From positions 1 through 57,321 of the IMG/VR virus record IMGVR_UViG_3300026097_000026: 57,321 nucleotides of DNA. One strand, written 5' to 3'. Shown in pieces: positions 45,559 through 55,945 of this stretch (the first letter of the stretch is position 1; every line of letters begins with the position of its first letter). The position numbers and the translations under genes were made by a program. The stretch comes from a virus (taxonomy: Duplodnaviria > Caudoviricetes). Under the pieces are notes generated by a model. The model saw only the letters and a program-made list of their open reading frames with translations, searched no databases and was not told the origin of the DNA.

Positions 45559-47511
45559 ATGGCTGTAAACGGATCTAATACAACAGAAAACGGAGATGCA
45601 TTACTTATAAGTCTCAATGAACCTTATAATAATATAGTAGAGATCATTAGTTATGAAGATTCTATAAGAGGAGAAACAACTGATCTTTATTTTAATAAGC
45701 TGTTTAGGTGGGGTATCGATGGTGTATCATATTCTGACTGGATTAGTTTAACAGATGCTCATTTAAAAGCTTTATCATTAGATCCAAATAATCCTTTTTG
45801 GATTGAATATAAGTATGAACAGGTGGGCGATGGTGATTTAGAATTTAATTCTATTTCGCTAGAAATTGTTACAGATTCTGGTAAAATTTCACAAATACCA
45901 CAAATAAGTTGCTGTGATAGTCAAAATCTTACAGGTTCACAAAATTTAGCAATAAGCTGTTGTGAAGAACCTTGGAATCCTTATGATTTAAGTAGGGCAA
46001 GCCAAGCATATAAACAATTATCATCAACCGTCAATAGCATTTTTGGCTTTTGTGTTAAATATTTCAAAACGGAAGCAGACCAAAGAAGTAAAGATGTCAT
46101 ATTAAAAGAATATTCATTATTTAATGTTATTAAAAGCAATGATATTAAAATACTAGTACCTGATAATGAATTACCTACTAGGGCAATTCAATTTAATCCT
46201 CTTATGATGGATTACCCAACACAATTTGAAATTCATATTGTAAAAAGTGAATTTGAAAAAATATTTGGTATTGGTTCAAGGCCACAAATGAGAGACTATT
46301 TATATTTTGAACAGTATCTTAATAAAATGTATGAAATCGACGCAGTAGCTGAATCTGATGATTTTTTATATGAAGGTGCTTACTGGAGAGTTAGTCTTGT
46401 TGCATACCAACAAAGAACTGCTGTACAATATCCTGATAAACATATTGAGGAAGAAAAAGATGAAATAGTTACCAGTCTTGATATTTTTGAAAAAGAAAGA
46501 AATACGGAATTTGAAGATACAAGAAAACCTAATCAATATAATACGATAGGTACTCTTAATAATGATTATGTTAGAAGAATCCTTGATAAAAACTTAATTA
46601 TTAAAGAAGAAAAGGTTTATAATCAATGGACTGTTATTTCAAAGTATCATTATGATTTATCATCTATGAATATTGGTGATGAAAGTGTAGTATATAGATA
46701 TACTGAAGGGTGGAGTTCAGATGATTCAAGATCTTTTACTTCATGGATTAGGCCTAAATATAATAATCCGATAGGTAGTAATATATTAATTTCAAATATT
46801 ACTGATTCAGGTGACGGTGTCATATTTGAAACTCCAGGGTTGCCTACTAACACTAACAAAAAAATAAAAGTAAATGATTGGGTTTCTGTAAAAGGTACTA
46901 AATCATATAATGGAATTCATCAGGTAAAATCTATAAATGAAAATAGTATTACTCTTAATGTTCCATATATTGATAATTTAACATTAGGTACACCTAGATT
47001 TAATAAAGAATCTCATAATACATTTATTAAATATGAAGATAATACAACGAATCCTAATATTTATTTTAGTATTACATACACACCAAATTGGGTTATAATT
47101 CATATAGGAAATAAATCTTACAAGTTTAATGTATCTAAAAACTCAGAATCATTAAATAAAGATAACTGGTATTCTTTTGTTATTAATATAAATAATTTGG
47201 CAAAACAATTAAGTTTATTTGTTTATAAAATAAATGTACCTACTAACAATAGTAAAAGAGATGGAGGTATAGTTAAAACCTATTCTCATACAATTACACC
47301 ATCTGATATGACGGTACCACAAGGGTTAGAATGGAAGCTTATTGCAAGTAATACTGATTTAACAAATATAAGATTATGGAAATCTCCTATTGAAGAAGAG
47401 GAACATAAAAATATATTAAGCCAATATGTTGTTAATGATACCAGTCTTACTCTAATTTTAGATAATGCTACACCACAGCTGAGATTAGAAAGAGTAGAAA
47501 ACCCAAGGTAA
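45559..47511 (+). CDS. neck protein gp14-like with extra beta-rich domains
   Basis: FGFCVKYFK...DVILKEYS, FEKIFG...PQMRDYLYF...MYEIDAV resemble the gp14 core. Confidence 0.5.
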   Translation: MAVNGSNTTENGDALLISLNEPYNNIVEIISYEDSIRGETTDLYFNKLFRWGIDGVSYSDWISLTDAHLKALSLDPNNPFWIEYKYEQVGDGDLEFNSISLEIVTDSGKISQIPQISCCDSQNLTGSQNLAISCCEEPWNPYDLSRASQAYKQLSSTVNSIFGFCVKYFKTEADQRSKDVILKEYSLFNVIKSNDIKILVPDNELPTRAIQFNPLMMDYPTQFEIHIVKSEFEKIFGIGSRPQMRDYLYFEQYLNKMYEIDAVAESDDFLYEGAYWRVSLVAYQQRTAVQYPDKHIEEEKDEIVTSLDIFEKERNTEFEDTRKPNQYNTIGTLNNDYVRRILDKNLIIKEEKVYNQWTVISKYHYDLSSMNIGDESVVYRYTEGWSSDDSRSFTSWIRPKYNNPIGSNILISNITDSGDGVIFETPGLPTNTNKKIKVNDWVSVKGTKSYNGIHQVKSINENSITLNVPYIDNLTLGTPRFNKESHNTFIKYEDNTTNPNIYFSITYTPNWVIIHIGNKSYKFNVSKNSESLNKDNWYSFVININNLAKQLSLFVYKINVPTNNSKRDGGIVKTYSHTITPSDMTVPQGLEWKLIASNTDLTNIRLWKSPIEEEEHKNILSQYVVNDTSLTLILDNATPQLRLERVENPR

Positions 47512-47571
47512 TATAAAATAATTCAGCAAATAGATATCTATTCTAGCCGTAAAAGCTTTTTTATATATGTA

Positions 47572-47579
47572 ATATATAA
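47572..47579 (+). promoter_or_regulatory. putative late promoter ATATATAA
   Basis: Upstream of small terminase. Confidence 0.5.
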
Positions 47580-47596
47580 TCTAAATAACTTACATA

Positions 47597-48208
47597 ATGA
47601 AAGAAGAATCTAAAGAAGAATTAAGATCATCACTTGACGACTTAATTGGGTATGACTTACCTAATGAAGTTGAAGGGTTAAATGAGACTCATGAATTAGA
47701 TAAAGTAAAGGCAGAAACAACGCAATTTGTAGGTATTCAAAAAGCAAAAAAGAAAGCCACAAAAGTAATGGGAAGTCTTCTTAAATTTTATTTAAGTGAA
47801 GAAATTATTGAAGAGCATGAGTATATAAAGGCTAAACAAAAAATAGATACCACGGCCTTAAGTATGTTAATTAGGCAAATGGAAAATAGTGAACATGCAA
47901 TTACTATATTAATGGACACTATAAATGAAGGGGATGTTGCACCTAGGATGTTTGAAGTTTTAAGTGACTTACAAAGAACATTGTTAGATATTATTAAAAG
48001 TCAAACTATGTATATGGTGGCAGTTGAAGAAAATGCTAAAAAAATGTCTAGAGACTTGGATGTTTATCAAAATCAGTCATCAAGCTCTAATAAGTCTAAA
48101 GGTAATGGTGCAAAGTCTAGAGGAACCAAAGATTTAATGAAAGCTTTACAAAGTAGTATAAAAAATGAAAACATACAAGATGTTGATTCAAGTGAAGATG
48201 TTGAATAA
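47597..48208 (+). CDS. gp16: terminase small subunit gp16-like
   Basis: PRMFEVLSDLQ and GTKDLMKAL motifs; upstream of TerL. Confidence 0.7.
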   Translation: MKEESKEELRSSLDDLIGYDLPNEVEGLNETHELDKVKAETTQFVGIQKAKKKATKVMGSLLKFYLSEEIIEEHEYIKAKQKIDTTALSMLIRQMENSEHAITILMDTINEGDVAPRMFEVLSDLQRTLLDIIKSQTMYMVAVEENAKKMSRDLDVYQNQSSSSNKSKGNGAKSRGTKDLMKALQSSIKNENIQDVDSSEDVE

Positions 48209-48452
48209 TTATATTCTTGTTAAAGATTTTAAACAAGAAGAAAAGGTTACTAAAGGTGGTATCATTATACCAAAAAGCGAAAAATGGAATCGCATGGCAA
48301 CTGTTTTGGCTTGCGGAGAATGTGACCAAGTAAAAAAAGGAGACGTTATAATGAAAAATTTAGGAAAAGGAACACCGATGATTCTTAATGATGTTGAAAT
48401 GGAAATGATTCATATAAATAATATTATGTGTATTGTTGAAAGTAATGAATAA
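48198..48452 (+). CDS. GroES-like co-chaperonin
   Basis: LNNYILVK, mobile loop EKVTKGGIIIP, ATVLACG, VKKGDVI; start moved to the ATG at 48198. Confidence 0.8.
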   Translation: MLNNYILVKDFKQEEKVTKGGIIIPKSEKWNRMATVLACGECDQVKKGDVIMKNLGKGTPMILNDVEMEMIHINNIMCIVESNE

Positions 48453-48455
48453 TAA

Positions 48456-49022
48456 ATGCAAAAACCACAAGCAAATAGTGCAGGATTTGAGCTAACAATT
48501 AAAAAAGGAGCTGAATCTTTTTCATGGTCTTCTAAAAAAGTAGAGCAGTTAATGGCTGCAATAGAAGATGGGTATAAACCAAAATCTACTCCGTTTTATG
48601 AAGGTAATACAAATTTACGAAAAGGAAATATAGTTTTTGAGTATACTGACCATGAATTAAGAGAAATACAAAAATGTGCAAGGGATATAGTTTACTTTGC
48701 AAATAATTATTGTACTGTTATGACTGATGAGGGGTTGCAGACAATAACCCTTAGGCCTTATCAAGAGGATATGTTAAGACAGTTTCAAGATGAGAGATTT
48801 AATATTTGTCTAGCTAGTAGGCAGGTTGGAAAATGTCTTACATTTTCCACCGAGATTATAGTTTTAAAGAACGGTAAAGGAATTAAAACTACAATAGGAA
48901 ATTTATATTTTGAAACACTTAAACTACAAAGACCACTTACTTTAATTGAAAAAATTAAATGGTCTTTATGGAAAGCTTATACTTGGTTAGATTCATTTGA
49001 CAGAAAGCAAGAAGAGTCTTAA
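48456..49022 (+). CDS. gp17: terminase large subunit N-part fused to split intein N-fragment
   Basis: KCARDIVYFANNY, LRPYQ, LASRQVGK followed by intein block A CLTFSTEI. Confidence 0.9.
   Translation: MQKPQANSAGFELTIKKGAESFSWSSKKVEQLMAAIEDGYKPKSTPFYEGNTNLRKGNIVFEYTDHELREIQKCARDIVYFANNYCTVMTDEGLQTITLRPYQEDMLRQFQDERFNICLASRQVGKCLTFSTEIIVLKNGKGIKTTIGNLYFETLKLQRPLTLIEKIKWSLWKAYTWLDSFDRKQEES
48834..49019 (+). mobile_element. split intein N-fragment (62 aa)
   Basis: Cys1 directly after the Walker A Lys; CLTFSTEIIVLKNGKGIKTTIGNLY. Confidence 0.85.
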
Positions 49023-49030
49023 ATATATAA
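49023..49030 (+). promoter_or_regulatory. putative late promoter ATATATAA upstream of the homing endonuclease
   Basis: Octamer within the 23-bp gap. Confidence 0.45.
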
Positions 49031-49045
49031 TAAAATAAAGATTAT

Positions 49046-50122
49046 ATGGAAAAGATTTGTAAACAGTGCCAAGAAAAATATCAAGCTAAAAATAATAGAT
49101 CAACTTATTGTAGTACTAAATGTAAAAATAATGCATCTTTTATTAGAAACCAAGAAAAACTTAAACAAGGTATCGAAGGTGATGACTATGTAATTGATAA
49201 GTGGAATGGTTATGCAACACCAAGAATTTACGGAGCATGGATGAGATCTATGCACCCAGGTAAAACTACACAAGATTATCTTAATGAATTTCCAGGTGCT
49301 CAACTTGCATGTAAAAAAGATAAACAAGCCACTTCTAAAAATTCAGGTATTCATATGAAGGATCCTAAATACAGAAAAATGGCTAGTAATGCAATTAAAG
49401 GCAAAAGAAATCCTAATCATAAATCAAAAACTACATTACAAGAAAGACAAAAAAGAAGTCCATTTTCAGAAAATTTTAAAAACCATAAAAACTTAAATGA
49501 TCGTGATACTTTTTTAGAATCTATCGATTGGTCAAAAAGAATAACAAGTACACAATTGGAATGGTGGTTAAACAAAGGTTATTCTAAAGAAGATGCTAGA
49601 GAAAAATTAAAAGAAAGACAAACTACCTTTACATTAGAAAAATGTATACAAAAATGGGGTAAAGAAAAAGGTATTCAAAAATTTAAGGAAAGACAAGAAA
49701 GGTGGAAAAAATCTTTATACGAAACTTTTGAAAGGGAAGGTGATGGTCGTAGCCCTAGTAGTAAGTTTGCAAATTCAATTATAAAAGAACTTTGTGAATA
49801 TTTAAAAATAGAAATACCACAAAAAGAAAAATGGATTAAAAATAAGGAAACACAAAAAGCATATTCATATGATTTTACATATAATAAAAAGATCATAGAA
49901 TTTAATGGCGACTATTGGCATTGTAACCCTAAACTATATGAGGCAGATTATTTTAACAAAAATAAAAGTTTAACTGCTACTGAGATTTGGGAATATGATA
50001 AAGAAAAAGTTAAAACTGCTGAAATGTATGGATATCAAGTCTTAATTGTTTGGGAGCATGATTGGTTAAATAATCATGAAAGAGTCTTAGACAATTGTAA
50101 AAAATTTATAGATAATGATTAA
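49046..50122 (+). mobile_element. free-standing Vsr/DUF559-like homing endonuclease gene
   Basis: N-terminal CKQC...YCSTKC; C-terminal YSYDFTYNKKIIEFNGDYWHCNP...GYQVLIVWEHDW; sits between the intein halves. Confidence 0.85.
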
Positions 50123-50552
50123 TTTACTAAAAGGTATAATTCTGATACTCATTGGATTTATAGAAACTATTGAATATCGTTCAGTTGATTTAGATCAAAA
50201 TGATATTAATAAAAAGATTATGAATACAATTAATATTTATGATGTTAGAATTGATACTGATACCGGTTGGGAAAGAATTACACATGTTCATAAAACACAA
50301 CCTTATGATATTTGGAAAGTTAAGCTTAATAATGGCATGTATCTTGAAGGGGCTGATAATCATATCTTATTTACTGAAAAATTAAATGAAGTATTTATAC
50401 GAGATTTAATTGTTGGTGATTATATTATGACCCGAGAAGGGCCTGTTGAAGTTACACAATTAATTAAATATAAGCAAAGTGTTTCTATGTTTGATGTAAC
50501 TGTGGATAACCCTAATCATAGATACTGGAGCAATGATATACTTTCACATAAC
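50115..50552 (+). mobile_element. split intein C-fragment (146 aa)
   Basis: Block B LEGADNHILF, block F MFDVTV, block G YWSNDILSHN, Thr+1. Confidence 0.88.
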
Positions 50553-51992
50553 ACGATAGGATCTTCTATTTTTATTGCATGGTATTCTCTTTTTAATTTT
50601 GATAAAAATTCTTTAATACTGTCAAATAAAGGTAGTACAACATCTGAAATTATTGATAAGGGTAAAACAATATTAGAACATTTACCTTTCTTTTTAAAGC
50701 CTGGTATTTTAAAATGGGATGTATTTAACACTAAATTTGATAATGGTTGTAGGATCATTGGACAAACCACAACAAAGAAAGCTGCAATTGGTTTTACTAT
50801 TCACCTATTGTTTATGGATGAGTTTGCCCATATACCAAATAATTTTGTTAACACTTTTTACGAAAACGTATATCCTACTGTTTCTGCTTCTAAAAACTCA
50901 AAAGTAATTATAACCAGTACACCAAATGGTTTTAATAAATTTTATGATATCTATTCTGCTGCTGAAGCAGGTAGGAGTGAATATGTACCTTTTAAAATTG
51001 ATTGGTGGGATGTGCCTGGACGAGATGAAGAGTGGATGAAAAATGAAGTTGCTAATTTAGGTGATGAAGAAGCATTTAATAGACAATATGGTAATCAGTT
51101 TATAGCAAGTTCTTCTCTATTATTAAGTGCTGATAGTTTAAAGAAGTTAGCAATAAACCAAAAGGAATTTATTTTTTATGACATACCAGAATTAGAAGAC
51201 ATTGGTTTAGATTATAGTGGTTTAAAATGGGATCCTAATTTTGATGTTGAAAATGATCCTGCTGATGACTCAAACTATTGGGTATTTTCAGTTGATTTAG
51301 CAGAAGGAAATGGTGGGGATTATTCTATCATTAATATGTTTAAAATTGAGGTAATGGATTCATCTGATTTTAAAAAAATAATTACACCAGGTGCTTTTGT
51401 TGACTTTTTTAGAATAAGACAAATAGGTGTTTTTAGAAGTAATCAGCACACTATTGAGGATTTTGCAAAAATACTCTATACAATAGGATTTGATATGTTT
51501 TATTCTGAAAATTTAAAACTTATTATAGAATGGAATATGTTTGGATCTGAATTAATAAAAAGATTAGAAACTGTATTTCCTAGAAGAAATAATTTTGATG
51601 AAGAAACTATTGTTAAATTTAAGCATCGTGTTGATGCAAGATCTAAAGATTTTGGCTTAAAGGTAAAGAAAGATAATAAACCTATATTTTGCCAAAATTT
51701 TAAAAAATATGTATCACAAAATAAAATAATACTAAACGAAAAGAAAACTGTTAAAGAAGCAGGTACATTTGGAAAATTACCAAATGGATCATATGCAGGG
51801 CAGTTAGGTCATGATGATCTTATTATGACAAGTATAAATTCATCTGAATTTTTTACCACTACCGACTTTTCTGAATTTGTTGAAGAATTATATGATTTAA
51901 TTGATCCGGATATACAATTTAAAATTGATGAAATTCTTGAAAGGGATTCAAAGGGTGGGGATCTCAATTATGATATATACGATTTGGTATAA
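50115..51992 (+). CDS. gp17: split intein C-fragment fused to terminase large subunit C-part
   Basis: Intein ends ILSHN|T; then Walker B LFMDEFAHI, ITSTPNGFN, nuclease SVDLAEG.GGDYS, GHDDLIM. Confidence 0.9.
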   Translation: MINLLKGIILILIGFIETIEYRSVDLDQNDINKKIMNTINIYDVRIDTDTGWERITHVHKTQPYDIWKVKLNNGMYLEGADNHILFTEKLNEVFIRDLIVGDYIMTREGPVEVTQLIKYKQSVSMFDVTVDNPNHRYWSNDILSHNTIGSSIFIAWYSLFNFDKNSLILSNKGSTTSEIIDKGKTILEHLPFFLKPGILKWDVFNTKFDNGCRIIGQTTTKKAAIGFTIHLLFMDEFAHIPNNFVNTFYENVYPTVSASKNSKVIITSTPNGFNKFYDIYSAAEAGRSEYVPFKIDWWDVPGRDEEWMKNEVANLGDEEAFNRQYGNQFIASSSLLLSADSLKKLAINQKEFIFYDIPELEDIGLDYSGLKWDPNFDVENDPADDSNYWVFSVDLAEGNGGDYSIINMFKIEVMDSSDFKKIITPGAFVDFFRIRQIGVFRSNQHTIEDFAKILYTIGFDMFYSENLKLIIEWNMFGSELIKRLETVFPRRNNFDEETIVKFKHRVDARSKDFGLKVKKDNKPIFCQNFKKYVSQNKIILNEKKTVKEAGTFGKLPNGSYAGQLGHDDLIMTSINSSEFFTTTDFSEFVEELYDLIDPDIQFKIDEILERDSKGGDLNYDIYDLV

Positions 51993-52010
51993 ATTATCTT
52001 AATGTGGTAG

Positions 52011-52018
52011 ATATATAA
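52011..52018 (+). promoter_or_regulatory. putative late promoter ATATATAA
   Basis: Upstream of tail sheath gene. Confidence 0.5.
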
Positions 52019-52043
52019 AAAAACTAAAAAAATATAATATAAG

Positions 52044-55000
52044 ATGGCACTAGATCCACAAATAGCTTCAATAAAAGCATCAGGGACATACAGGTTTGAA
52101 TTCGATAAGAGCCAAGTAGTAGGAGTTCCAGCGAATCAAACGAGATTAGTTGTCGGTTTTTCTAAAAAAGGACCTTTTAATACACCTGTTTTTATTCCAG
52201 ATTCTTCATTCTTTAAACAAATATTTGGAGAAATTGATAGAAACTTAGAAAAAAAGGATTCTTACTTTCATAGGAGTTGTTTATCAGCTTTAGAAAGAGG
52301 TCCAATATTGGCACTTAATCTTCTATCTCTTGATTCAGATGATAAGAGCCAGTATATGAAAATGGCAACTGCAGCTACACCTGATGCACAATCTAATATA
52401 GCTTCAATTGCTGAATATTCTAAATTTTATAATCAAGACAAGTTTTGGTTTCCAGACTCTGAAGCATTTTTAAATAACGTTACACCAGCAGTTAATAGAG
52501 ATTCAATTAACTCTACAACTACTAATGACCTTTTAGATTTTACTAATTTAGGTAAAAATCCAATATCTGTTATTGTTAAAAAGGCTGCGCCACAAAATGT
52601 AGGAGGATTTAATGTTACTGTTGATGAATGGTACGGTTCTGCAAATGTACCAGGCTTTTTAAATAAAGATAGTTTGGTATCTGACTTTATGGTTGATGTT
52701 TTTGTAATTGAAGGAAACTTTGGTGGTGATTTTACACAATCTCAACCTTATGATAGATTTTCAGCAGATCCAATATTTCAAGATTATTTTGATCCGACAA
52801 AAGGTTTACAGAGAAGAAAATTTTCATCAGATGAAACTGATACACAATTAGCAGAATTTTTTAATTTAGGAGAGGTTAATTTAATTGCTTCTTATACTGC
52901 ATCTCTTTTACCTGACTTTGTTGATTTAGTTGGTAATAATTTATTTATTGAAAAAGTAATAAATGCAGACTCTGCAACTACAGGGTTATTCTGTGCAGTT
53001 AATGAAGATTTATTTAGCGGTGACTTTTTAATTGATGGTGTTGCTGGTGGTATTGATTTAGTTGGTCATAATATTGAGTATACACAATCAACATCATTCC
53101 AAGGAGATGTTAATTTCTTATCATATCATGAAACTATAGTTTCTGATATTGAGGAATGTAGAAATACAGCAACTGTTAATACCCAAACATTAAGCGGAGC
53201 TGATTCAATTTCAGTTACTACACTGTCAAACGGTAACATTCAAATACAAGTACAAGATATTACTGGTAGCACTCTTTATGATGTATTAGCTGATATGACA
53301 TCTAATACTGCTACGACAGTAGGTACTTATTTATATGATACTGTAAATAATGTATATGTTCCAGTTATTAATGTTAATGTAACACCTACTGTTGCTACTA
53401 TTACATTATCTGGAGTTGGTACTTCTGCTAGCAGTTTTCCAACAGCACCAGGTACAGTACTTTCATATATTAATGAATCTGACTTTAGTATTATAGCACA
53501 AGAATGGAACGGTACTGCACCAACATCAAATATTATAGGATCTTATGGTAGTGATCTTTATACTAATTTTACTAATGGTATTCTTACTGATGGTGATGAG
53601 GCAGTATATGAAGTAGGTGGTCAACAATATACATCATATTTAGTATTTAATGAAATTGCATATAATTATATTCATATAGCATCACCTACAGGATCTGCTA
53701 ATGCAATTGCAATATCAGATTCAAATTATAATTTACCTTCGGTTAAAATTACACCGTACGAAGAAGACTCATTTACAAACGTAACACCAATTACCCAATT
53801 TAATATCGATGGTGCTGGTTTATTTCTTAATACTTTAGGTAACACTGTATCTGCAAATTGTTTAAACATACAAACACTGAAAGGTTCTTTAAATACAACT
53901 ATAGATATTATATCAGATTATACAACTGATACTAAACTTAAACCTAACCAAGTTCTTATTAATTCTAATTCACCAGAAGCTGCAGATTTAGATGTAGGTA
54001 ATTATATGGTACATGATGAAGGTGGTTCTACTGGACATTCAAGATTAACAAGAATTAATCAAACTTCTGGTGGTTTAACATCGGCACAATATTCTTCAAT
54101 ACCAGGAGGACAAACCGCTATCTTAGTTACATGCCAATCAGAAATTTCAGTTGACACTGTGAATAATATTAAAAAGGTAGAATTATATTATCCTATTGAT
54201 CGTTGGGTTGATTACTTAAATGTATTTACATTTGATGGTTTTAAATTAGATGCAACAAAACATGTACCTGATGGATCAAATGATCGTCAAAATGAAATAT
54301 TAAATGGTACACTTAATGGTACTAATTTATTTAAAGCTCTTACTGATAGAGAAGTAATTAATTTTAGATATGTAGTTGATACATTTGGAAATGGAATTGA
54401 AAGTGGATCTAAATCATTATTTACAAATTTATGTCAAACTAGAAAAAACGCATTTGCAATATTAAATGCTCCTTCTGCAAAAGACTTTAAAAATAATACA
54501 GACCCTTCATTTACTGATTCAACTGGTGCATTATCAACTAAGTTTATATCAGAAGGTGGAGATTTAAGTAGAAACCCATCAGTTAGATATTCATTGCCTT
54601 CACCTACACAAGGTGCAAGTTGGGGATCATTTTATTTTCCTAATATTACAGTAAGAGATTTAGGTAAAAATATAAATGTACCACCTGCTGCTTATGTTTC
54701 AAATAACTTTATTGCAAAATATGCAAATGCGCTACCGTGGTCATTAGTTGCAGGTGTTCGTAGAGGTGTCGTTGGTGGAACTGGTGTTGTTGGGTTAGAA
54801 ATTAATCTAGATAAAGAAGATCGTGAATTTTTAGAACCGTTTGGTTTAAACCCAATTGTGTTTCAAACTGGAACTGGTCCTACAATTTTTGCTAATAAAA
54901 CTGCACAGCAAACAACAAGATCTGCATTAAGTTCAATTAATGTTAGAGAGGTTGTAATTTATATCCAAGATGGTATCGAAGCAATTTTAAGAAACTATTT

Positions 55001-55256
55001 GTTTGAATTTAATACACCTCAAACAAGATTGGAAATTAAGACACTTGCTGATAACTTCCTTACAACAGTACAAAATGATGATGGTGTATTTGATTTTAGA
55101 AATGTTATGGATGAAACAAATAACACGCCTGAAGTAATTGATCAAAACATTGGTATTCTGGATACTTTTATTGAACCTGTTAGAGGAATGGAGGTATTAG
55201 TACAAAGAACCACTATTTTAAGAACTGGGGCAATTAGTACAGGAAACTTTCAATAA
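52044..55256 (+). CDS. gp18: contractile tail sheath protein gp18 with large central insertion
   Basis: GFSKKGPFNTP; C-terminal VPPAAYV, VAGVRRG, GLNPIV, ALSSINVRE, FEFNT, DETNNTPEVID, IEPVRG. Confidence 0.92.
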   Translation: MALDPQIASIKASGTYRFEFDKSQVVGVPANQTRLVVGFSKKGPFNTPVFIPDSSFFKQIFGEIDRNLEKKDSYFHRSCLSALERGPILALNLLSLDSDDKSQYMKMATAATPDAQSNIASIAEYSKFYNQDKFWFPDSEAFLNNVTPAVNRDSINSTTTNDLLDFTNLGKNPISVIVKKAAPQNVGGFNVTVDEWYGSANVPGFLNKDSLVSDFMVDVFVIEGNFGGDFTQSQPYDRFSADPIFQDYFDPTKGLQRRKFSSDETDTQLAEFFNLGEVNLIASYTASLLPDFVDLVGNNLFIEKVINADSATTGLFCAVNEDLFSGDFLIDGVAGGIDLVGHNIEYTQSTSFQGDVNFLSYHETIVSDIEECRNTATVNTQTLSGADSISVTTLSNGNIQIQVQDITGSTLYDVLADMTSNTATTVGTYLYDTVNNVYVPVINVNVTPTVATITLSGVGTSASSFPTAPGTVLSYINESDFSIIAQEWNGTAPTSNIIGSYGSDLYTNFTNGILTDGDEAVYEVGGQQYTSYLVFNEIAYNYIHIASPTGSANAIAISDSNYNLPSVKITPYEEDSFTNVTPITQFNIDGAGLFLNTLGNTVSANCLNIQTLKGSLNTTIDIISDYTTDTKLKPNQVLINSNSPEAADLDVGNYMVHDEGGSTGHSRLTRINQTSGGLTSAQYSSIPGGQTAILVTCQSEISVDTVNNIKKVELYYPIDRWVDYLNVFTFDGFKLDATKHVPDGSNDRQNEILNGTLNGTNLFKALTDREVINFRYVVDTFGNGIESGSKSLFTNLCQTRKNAFAILNAPSAKDFKNNTDPSFTDSTGALSTKFISEGGDLSRNPSVRYSLPSPTQGASWGSFYFPNITVRDLGKNINVPPAAYVSNNFIAKYANALPWSLVAGVRRGVVGGTGVVGLEINLDKEDREFLEPFGLNPIVFQTGTGPTIFANKTAQQTTRSALSSINVREVVIYIQDGIEAILRNYLFEFNTPQTRLEIKTLADNFLTTVQNDDGVFDFRNVMDETNNTPEVIDQNIGILDTFIEPVRGMEVLVQRTTILRTGAISTGNFQ

Positions 55257-55265
55257 TAAATAAAA

Positions 55266-55293
55266 AACAAAGGTCTGTAATATGACCTTTGTT
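55266..55293 (+). other. hairpin between sheath and tube genes
   Basis: AACAAAGGTC-tgtaatat-GACCTTTGTT; no long T tract. Confidence 0.5.
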
Positions 55294-55342
55294 AAATTAA
55301 ATCATTAACCAATAATAAATAAATAAAAAAATAAAATAAGAT

Positions 55343-55900
55343 ATGCCATTACCACATTATACACAAGCAAGGGCAAGCAGTCAACGATTTGAACCAGTAC
55401 AACCTAATTTATTTGAGGTTACTATATTTACTCCTAACGGGGATGACACTGGTCTTTTATTAGAGCATGTTAAAACTATAGGAGGTTTAAACAATTTAAA
55501 TCCTGCAGTTGATGCAATTGCACAAAAATATAAATTTGCTGATCGTTCATATGCAGGTATGCCAGGACAAACATTTGCTGATTTAACTCTTAATTTTACT
55601 CTTAACTTAAATGAAGCAAATGAAAACTATATTTATAACCAAATGAGAAACTGGTATAAATTAACATATGATCCTTTAACTGGTGAAATGGGACTTAAGA
55701 GAGATTATGTTGGTAGTATGATTGTTGTTCAGTATAATAGAGCAGGTGATATTTATAGAAGAATTACTCTTAAGGATGTATTTCCAACAGGGCAACCTGA
55801 TTTTGTAGATGAACTAAACTATGAAACACCAGATCCTGCTGAATTAACTATGACTTATCGTTGTGATCATTGGGTTGAAGAAAATGTAGGAGGAAATTAG
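55343..55900 (+). CDS. gp19: tail tube protein gp19
   Basis: Follows the sheath; PNLFEV, WYKLTYDPLTG, DYVGSMIVVQYNRAG, TLKDVFPT. Confidence 0.85.
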   Translation: MPLPHYTQARASSQRFEPVQPNLFEVTIFTPNGDDTGLLLEHVKTIGGLNNLNPAVDAIAQKYKFADRSYAGMPGQTFADLTLNFTLNLNEANENYIYNQMRNWYKLTYDPLTGEMGLKRDYVGSMIVVQYNRAGDIYRRITLKDVFPTGQPDFVDELNYETPDPAELTMTYRCDHWVEENVGGN

Positions 55901-55945
55901 ATTATAATTTAGAACATCATTAAAAGTAAAATTATAAAATAATTT

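Noticed and set aside
49020-50122. Group I intron interrupting the terminase
   Set aside because: Only a 23-bp gap on one side and a gene overlap on the other, leaving no room for a ribozyme core; intein motifs explain the break
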